A stretch of DNA of 64,000 nucleotides from positions 64,001 through 128,000 of the forward strand of contig DXJO01000041.1 of assembly GCA_019057475.1 (NCBI GenBank). Direction: 5' to 3'. The notes beneath the pieces are model-generated. The model searched no databases. It was not told the origin of the DNA and saw nothing but the letters and a program-made list of their open reading frames with translations. A program made the translations under genes and the position numbers. This DNA comes from Candidatus Thorarchaeota archaeon (GTDB taxonomy: Archaea; Asgardarchaeota; Thorarchaeia; Thorarchaeales; Thorarchaeaceae). Positions 58,016 through 64,000 of the stretch are shown one piece after another (positions within the stretch are counted from its first letter, which is position 1; every line of letters begins with the position of its first letter).

Positions 58016-58705
58016 TTGCAATCAAGAACCAGCGTATATGCAGTGCGTACAACGATTTCACAGGAGAGATCTGTAGCTGATCTCATCACTACAGCAGTGG
58101 TTGGTGAAACTGACATATGGGAATGCCCATTCTGCTCGGAGCAGTTTGCGTCAGACAAAAGCACTAAGAAGCATATGAAGAAGAGCTGCAAGAAAGCGAA
58201 AAAGAAGAAAGGAGAACCAAAACTAATCTCCCGGAATCAGTTGCTTGGTCGTGTCAAGGCGATACTGGTTCCCGAAACTCTCCGAGGTTATGTTTTTCTG
58301 GAAACGCTAGAGTTCAGGGACGTTGAGTTAGCCATCTCCGGAGTGCCGCACGTGCGCGGTAGAGTCAGCGGAAAGGTGAGCTTTGAGGAAATCGACAAGT
58401 GGTTGAAGCCAAAGCCCGCTGCTGAAGGTATCATGATAGGCGATGTGGTCGAGATTATCTCAGGGCCATTCAAGGGAGAAAGAGCACGGGTTGCGCGAGT
58501 AGACGCAGCCAAGGAAGAGCTCATACTGGAGTTGCTGGACAGTCCACACACCATTCCCATTCGTGTGCATGCTGACTTCGCGAAGATCGTCGAGAAAGCA
58601 CACAGAGAGGAACCGAAAGAAGGTGACGAGACTGATGAATCCGGGGAGAAGAAAGATGAGCTCGATGATGATTCTTTCTGGGCGCATCAACCAGACTTAG
58701 CCTGA
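58016..58705 (+). CDS. spt5: Transcription elongation factor Spt5 with inserted C2HC zinc finger
   Basis: YAVRTT..QE, LRGYVF.E, KOW GDVVEIISGPFKG. Confidence 0.93.
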   Translation: MQSRTSVYAVRTTISQERSVADLITTAVVGETDIWECPFCSEQFASDKSTKKHMKKSCKKAKKKKGEPKLISRNQLLGRVKAILVPETLRGYVFLETLEFRDVELAISGVPHVRGRVSGKVSFEEIDKWLKPKPAAEGIMIGDVVEIISGPFKGERARVARVDAAKEELILELLDSPHTIPIRVHADFAKIVEKAHREEPKEGDETDESGEKKDELDDDSFWAHQPDLA

Positions 58706-58951
58706 AAGCACAAGTCAACAACCTGACTGGTCAAACGCACGGGCGACCCAACGCAATGCTTAAAACCAGTTCTCCATGGGGGAGGTCTGCTCCTTAATCT
58801 GACATGAGCGCATAGACGCCGTGTCCGGGGTGAAAACAGTTGAAATTGAATGCAGTAGATCTTGTGGGATGTAAAGCTGATTTTGTCCTGCAGGTCGACC
58901 CAAACGGTACAGCGATGTGCCAATTGCACTGCATCAGGAGAAGTGACAAAT

Positions 58952-59455
58952 TTGAGTAGTCAGAAAATAACTGTTGAGGCCATGGTAGAGGGTGGTAAAG
59001 CTTCAGGTGGGCCTCCAATTGGTCCCGCGCTGGGGCCGACCGGAGTGAACATCTTCCAAGTGGTCACCAAGATCAATGAGGTGACTGCACCTTTTGCAGG
59101 ACTCAAGGTACCCGTGAAAATAATCGTTGACCAAGACACGAAGCAGTTCGAGGTTGAGGTTGGCACTCCACCTACCAGTGCCCTAATTCTAAAGGAAATC
59201 GGAGCAGAGAAGGGCTCAGGTGAGCCAAATACAAACATAGTTGGTAATCTTACGATTGACCAGATTAAGACCATTGCCAAGGGAAAAGCAGACCACCTGT
59301 CGGCGTTGACAGTGAAGAATGCAGTCATGATTGTTTCAGGCACCTGTGTTTCAATGGGCGTGACAGTTGAAGGCAAGGCACCCAAGGAGTTCCAGCAGGA
59401 AGTCCGAGAGGGTCTTTGGGATAGCCAGCTTGAAGGCGTGCTGAAGGAGGAATAG
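58952..59455 (+). CDS. rpl11: 50S ribosomal protein L11
   Basis: GGKAS.GPPIGPALGP, GTC.SMG; TTG start after AGGAG. Confidence 0.96.
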   Translation: MSSQKITVEAMVEGGKASGGPPIGPALGPTGVNIFQVVTKINEVTAPFAGLKVPVKIIVDQDTKQFEVEVGTPPTSALILKEIGAEKGSGEPNTNIVGNLTIDQIKTIAKGKADHLSALTVKNAVMIVSGTCVSMGVTVEGKAPKEFQQEVREGLWDSQLEGVLKEE

Positions 59456-59458
59456 ACA

Positions 59459-60115
59459 ATGTCATTAAACATCGAGTCTATCGAGGCTTCAGTTGCCAGG
59501 GCAAGGTCAGAGGGAAAGAAGAGAAAGATCAAATTCAAGCAGAGCTTTGATATTGCAGTCAGCTTCAGGAAGAAGGAGCTGGACGTAACAAAACCTGAGA
59601 ATAGAATCAACCAGGAACTCGTCCTACCCAATGCTCTCTTTCCTCCAGCCAAGGTATGTGCCTTTGGCGATGGTGATTTCGCAGAGAATGCCAAAGCAGC
59701 CGGAGTAGAACATATAGTATCCAAGGATGATATTCCCAAGATTGGGGAGGAGAAGAAAGAGAGGAAATCACTCGCCAAGACTTATGATTTCTTCATTGCT
59801 TCCGTTGATACCATGCCGCTTGTTGGTCGATACTTAGGGCAGGCGCTCGGTCCTAGAGGGAAGATGCCTAGACCATTCCCGCCACAGGCTGACCTTGCTC
59901 CCGTCGTAAGTCAATACCAGCGGACGGTCCGGTTGAAGATGAAAAACACACCGACAATCCATGTCAAAGTAGGTCATGAAACGATGAGCGATAGAGAAGT
60001 GGCAGACAATATTATTGCGGTCCTCAACTTCGTTGAAAGCAAGGAATTGCTTGGGAAGTTAAGCTCTATTGTGGTGAAGCTTACTATGGGACCACCAGTG
60101 CCTGTATCCATCTAG
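59459..60115 (+). CDS. rpl1: 50S ribosomal protein L1
   Basis: F.QSFD, LGPRGKMP, KLTMGP. Confidence 0.96.
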   Translation: MSLNIESIEASVARARSEGKKRKIKFKQSFDIAVSFRKKELDVTKPENRINQELVLPNALFPPAKVCAFGDGDFAENAKAAGVEHIVSKDDIPKIGEEKKERKSLAKTYDFFIASVDTMPLVGRYLGQALGPRGKMPRPFPPQADLAPVVSQYQRTVRLKMKNTPTIHVKVGHETMSDREVADNIIAVLNFVESKELLGKLSSIVVKLTMGPPVPVSI

Positions 60116-60127
60116 AGGTGAAAAGAA

Positions 60128-61150
60128 GTGTCAGTATACAAAAGCGAGTGCCCCCAATGGAAACTGGATGCAGTGGAAAAGATAGTGTCGTCAATCGATG
60201 GCAGCTTGATGGTTGGACTCGTCAATATAGAGGGTGTAGGTGCCAGACAGCTCCAAGGTATCAGGGATAGCCTAAGAGGATCTGCTGTCATACACATGGC
60301 ACGGAACACCCTGATGATTCGAGCATTAGAGAAATCTGACAAAAAGGGCGTAAAGAAATTGGTCGAGTATGTCACCGGCCCGATTGTGTTCATATTCAGC
60401 AATGAGGACCCGTTTGCTCTGAGCAAGTTCCTCAGTGATAACAAGGCAGCAGCTCCAGCGAAGGGAGGTCAAATTGCTCCCAAGGACATAGTCATTCCTG
60501 CAATGAATACCGGCGTGGCACCCGGGCCGTTCATTAGTGAGCTTGCAGCTCTCAAAATTCCATCCCGAGTGAAGACTGGTGTTATCCACATCACTGACGA
60601 CTCTGTGGCTGTGAAAGCCGGAGATGTTGTATCCAACGCCATGGCACAGATGCTGAACAGACTTGGTATTGAACCAATGGAGCTTCAGCTCAAGCTAATC
60701 GCTGCCTATACGGACGGGAAAGTGCTTACAGCAGAGATTCTCGACATTGACATTGAATCCTTGTTCAATGAGGTCATTCTGGGTCATCAGTACGCAGTCA
60801 ACCTCTCCGTCAATGCCGGTATTCCAACGGCAGACACAATTCCGTTGATCATAGTCAAGGCGAACATGGAGGCAAAGAGCTTGGTTATGGAGATTGGTTT
60901 CTTCACACCAGACATGCTCGATGTCTACCTGGCCAAGGCCAACTCGCAGGCGCTTGCACTTGCTGCAGCGCTCTCCGAGAGAGATCCAGAAGCAATACCT
61001 TCGGAAATGCTTAATCAGGTCCAAGCCGCTGCTGCATCGTCAGCAGCAGCTGCACCGGCCTCAGATGAGGCGGAGCAGAAAGAAAAACCAGAGGAAGAAC
61101 CCGAAGAGGAAGAAGAAGCAGTAGCAGGTCTAGGAGGCCTGTTCGGATAA
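60128..61150 (+). CDS. rplP0: Acidic ribosomal protein P0 (L10)
   Basis: QLQ.IR, RNTL, T...PGP, C-terminal EEEE.AGLGGLFG. Confidence 0.96.
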   Translation: MSVYKSECPQWKLDAVEKIVSSIDGSLMVGLVNIEGVGARQLQGIRDSLRGSAVIHMARNTLMIRALEKSDKKGVKKLVEYVTGPIVFIFSNEDPFALSKFLSDNKAAAPAKGGQIAPKDIVIPAMNTGVAPGPFISELAALKIPSRVKTGVIHITDDSVAVKAGDVVSNAMAQMLNRLGIEPMELQLKLIAAYTDGKVLTAEILDIDIESLFNEVILGHQYAVNLSVNAGIPTADTIPLIIVKANMEAKSLVMEIGFFTPDMLDVYLAKANSQALALAAALSERDPEAIPSEMLNQVQAAAASSAAAAPASDEAEQKEKPEEEPEEEEEAVAGLGGLFG

Positions 61151-61171
61151 AATAGCAACGAGGTAAGAATT

Positions 61172-61498
61172 ATGGAATACGTATACTCAGCACTTCTGCT
61201 CCACAAAGCGGGCAAGAAAATGACTGCCAAGGCAATGGATGGCATTCTCACTGCTGCAGGTGTTGACCCTGACAAGAACAGGATCAAGGCCTTGCTGGCG
61301 GCTCTGAAGGATGTCGATATCGATGAGGCACTGAAAGGTGCCGCAATGCCGATGGCAGTTGCAGCTCCTGCGGGCGTAACCGCGGCTGCTGCAGAACCTG
61401 CTGCAAAGGGGAAGAAGAAGGGGAAGAAGAAGGGGAAGAAGGAAGAGGAAGAGAAGGAAGAAGAGTTCACTGCTGGACTTGGCAGTCTCTTTGGCTAA
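61172..61498 (+). CDS. rpl12: 50S ribosomal protein L12 (P1)
   Basis: MEYVYSALLLH, GLGSLFG; 12-bp tandem repeat encoding KGKK x3. Confidence 0.96.
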   Translation: MEYVYSALLLHKAGKKMTAKAMDGILTAAGVDPDKNRIKALLAALKDVDIDEALKGAAMPMAVAAPAGVTAAAAEPAAKGKKKGKKKGKKEEEEKEEEFTAGLGSLFG

Positions 61499-61674
61499 GG
61501 TGGGTATTTCGCCCCCCTCTTAATCTTAAAACAGAGGGCAATAGGCCATGCGCCTGCTGCCCACTGCAACTTCTTTTTTCATTTTTATCAGGCTGATATA
61601 GCTGAAAAGCTATAACACGCTCTGAGTACATTCATAGACAGGAAGAATCTGATGACCTTCTATCCGGGAAAGGA

Positions 61675-61995
61675 ATGACCAAGATGAAGATAGTGTATCA
61701 TCCTCTGATGAGAGAAAGCTATGACCGTACACCCGCAGGAGCCCCTGGGAGATTGGAGACCTCTGTGAAAATCCTGAGCAAACACCCAGACTACGAGTTT
61801 GTAAAGGCAAGGTCTGCGACCGAAGAAGAGATCAATCGAGCTCATGCTCCGGGTCACATCGAGAGGGTGAGGCGGGACTATGACTCAACAAGGGAGGACC
61901 TACTGTATCAGGTAGCGACCTTGGCGGCAACACTATCGGTTATTATCGATCATGCTGATGAGCTTAATTCAGAAATATCGAAGTTCATCGGTTAA
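61675..61995 (+). pseudogene. Truncated histone-deacetylase-family protein (N-terminal part only)
   Basis: Y...PA..PGR, A.EEEI.RAH..GHI, LY..A.LAA then unrelated tail; catalytic GHH and DxH motifs absent. Confidence 0.65.
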
Positions 61996-62004
61996 AATAC
62001 AGAT

Positions 62005-62433
62005 CTAGAGTGACATAATCTTGATGAGGGCTTCACCTTCAATGACAACTTCTTGGTTCTGATTTGTACATAAGGTCTTCAAAGTGACTCGTTGCTTCTC
62101 ATCGTTAAGAGAAGCTACCTCGACCCTAGCAGTTATTGTGTCACCAATTCTGACTGGCCCCATGAAATTCATACTCTGTCCTAAATATATCGTCCCGGGA
62201 CCGGGTAATTTCATGCCGATGGCAGCACTGATGAACGAAGCAGTGAGCAGTCCATGAGCAATTCGTCCATTAAACATCGTAGTCTTAGCCCATTCTTCAT
62301 CGAAGTGCAATGGATTGTAATCTCCACTAAGGTCTCCGAATGTCTGAATATCCTCCTCTGTGATAGTATGTGTTACCTCTGCAAATTGTCCAATGTGAAG
62401 ATCAGAATATTTTGTCGCTTTTATTTCATTCAC
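62005..62433 (-). CDS. MaoC-family (R)-enoyl-CoA hydratase
   Basis: SGDYNPLHFD, IAHG, PGPG.IY..Q...F..PV.IGD. Confidence 0.92.
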   Translation of the reverse strand: MNEIKATKYSDLHIGQFAEVTHTITEEDIQTFGDLSGDYNPLHFDEEWAKTTMFNGRIAHGLLTASFISAAIGMKLPGPGTIYLGQSMNFMGPVRIGDTITARVEVASLNDEKQRVTLKTLCTNQNQEVVIEGEALIKIMSL

Positions 62434-63451
62434 CTTTCCACATTCCCCATTTGATTGTAATCGCATTCCATGACCAGCCAATCCCAGCAGCGGTCAAAAC
62501 AACAATGTTCCCATCCTTTATCTTTCCATCCTTTAGACCTTCTTCAACTGACACAATCGAATCGTTTTGACCCATATGTCCCCATTCATCGAAATATGTT
62601 GCTTGATTATATGGATGAACACCTAGTTCATTTGCTACGAACTCAAAGGCACTTCTCTTCATTCTGATGAGCCCAAGATAGTCAATATTCTTTCGAGTAT
62701 ATCCACTCTTCTCTAATGATTCATCTACGACTTTCAAGAAATTGGTCATTGATAGTCTATCAAGACGGTCTTTCAACCCTGGAGGATCAGTGACATCCAA
62801 GTACTGCATGCGTTTCTCAATCGCCTCACATGTGATAGGAATGACAGTGCCACCTGCAGGTACATAGACATCTTCTGAAAATTGGCCATCTGTGATGACG
62901 CTTCCCTCTAGGATGACATTTTGTGGATAATCATTACGAAGAATCATGGCGACTCCACTGGCAGCTAAATCATGCATGAATCGTGTCCGGATATTCGAGT
63001 AGTCTATGAGATCACAGTTCCTGTATCCACTGCCAATTAGAACCCGTTTGTATCCTTGGGTTTCCATTAAAGACTTGGCAATGATCATGGCAACAACAAT
63101 TGTGCCGCATCTCTGGTTGACATCAAACGCCCAAGCTTTTGTTGCACCCACCTCGTTTTGGAACTTGATGGCATAGGTTTGCATAGGATGCTCTGCGTAA
63201 ACCTCGCCAGCCCAAATCACTAAGTCAATATCCTTTGCAGGATCTAGCCCCGCTCGTTCTATAGCAATCTTTGCAGCCTTCACGCCCATTGCCACAGTGT
63301 GATCATCTGGACCAGGCACAGCCTTACTCTTCATACCCATCTTCGTTTCAATTATCTCTGCTGGAGTTCCAGATTGTTCAGATATGTATTGAGCAGTATG
63401 CCTCTCAGGAGGTATATAGGTGCCAATCGCTTCAATTCCAATCTTTCTCAT
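62426..63451 (-). CDS. 3-oxoacyl-ACP synthase III (FabH)-like condensing enzyme
   Basis: AFDVNQRC, WGHMGQ.D, AAGIG.SW. Confidence 0.85.
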   Translation of the reverse strand: MRKIGIEAIGTYIPPERHTAQYISEQSGTPAEIIETKMGMKSKAVPGPDDHTVAMGVKAAKIAIERAGLDPAKDIDLVIWAGEVYAEHPMQTYAIKFQNEVGATKAWAFDVNQRCGTIVVAMIIAKSLMETQGYKRVLIGSGYRNCDLIDYSNIRTRFMHDLAASGVAMILRNDYPQNVILEGSVITDGQFSEDVYVPAGGTVIPITCEAIEKRMQYLDVTDPPGLKDRLDRLSMTNFLKVVDESLEKSGYTRKNIDYLGLIRMKRSAFEFVANELGVHPYNQATYFDEWGHMGQNDSIVSVEEGLKDGKIKDGNIVVLTAAGIGWSWNAITIKWGMWKGE

Positions 63452-64000
63452 TTCGCATCCTCCAACTCTCTTTTCAGAATTTTGCCTGTTGCGCTTTTGG
63501 GTAGGTTTCCACGAAATTCGTAATGCTTAGGAATCTTATAACTTGCAAGTTTATCATCCATATACTGTCTTATTTCGTCCTCTGCTAGTGATTCTCCATC
63601 CTTCAAGACAATGAACACCTTTCCGACTTCTCCCCACTTTTCATGTGGCACTCCAATTACAGCAGCCTCAAGTATTGCAGGGTGCTTGTATAGTACATCT
63701 TCAATCTCTGAGGGAAATACATTTTCTCCCCCTGAAATGAACATATCTTTCTTGCGACCAACTATATAGTAGAACCCATCACTATCACGCATGACGAGGT
63801 CTCCTGTATGCACCCATCCATCAGATTCAATGACTTTTGCTGACTCTTCAGGTTCCTCCCAATAACCACTGAATGTATGAGGTCCTCTCAACATCAACTC
63901 ACCTACCTCCTCATCTGACAGCGTTACATTGTCATCATCAACTATCTTCATATCACAGTGGAATGCAGGAAAACCAACAGATGTTGGTCTTTCCTTAACA
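63448..64000 (-). CDS. Acyl-CoA synthetase (AMP-binding), 3' part
   Basis: GW.HTGD, GRKKDMFISGGENV.P.EIE, LPKSATGKILK. Confidence 0.92.
   Translation of the reverse strand, partial: VKERPTSVGFPAFHCDMKIVDDDNVTLSDEEVGELMLRGPHTFSGYWEEPEESAKVIESDGWVHTGDLVMRDSDGFYYIVGRKKDMFISGGENVFPSEIEDVLYKHPAILEAAVIGVPHEKWGEVGKVFIVLKDGESLAEDEIRQYMDDKLASYKIPKHYEFRGNLPKSATGKILKRELEDAK

Noticed and set aside
58960-59778. 272-aa minus-strand ORF (likewise 39946..40704, 52673..53227, 35192..36091)
   Set aside because: Antisense shadows of well-supported genes

Overview
Archaeal chromosome segment, most likely Asgard (Thorarchaeia-like). This assignment is inferred from a longin-type protein, eukaryote-type topoisomerase IB, LRR/TPR proteins, intron-rich tRNAs and the archaeal nep1-rpp21-yhbY-S19e-PDCD5-L39e-L31e-eIF6-LX-pfdA-ftsY...ftsZ-secE-spt5-L11-L1-P0-L12 cluster. 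The left third is an accessory region that starts at an intron-containing tRNA-Ala(GGC). It is cut into gene-sized cassettes by seven same-orientation degenerate copies of the tRNA-Ala 3' end. The first cassette holds a LAGLIDADG-like giant protein coupled to a HerA/VirB4-like ATPase, plus defence-like cargo, and no integrase is visible. Other notable items: a ~630-nt densely base-paired minus-strand non-coding RNA candidate with its own TATA box (46775-47410); a tandem pair of Val-like tRNA bodies carrying Ile anticodons (GAT and the rare TAT); tRNAs with D-loop, T-loop and double introns; a ~48-bp intergenic repeat family; a C2HC zinc finger inserted in Spt5; a Top1B with a ~200-aa linker; and an mvhD-fdhA-fdhB operon. 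All functional calls come from motif recognition by eye, with no database searches.
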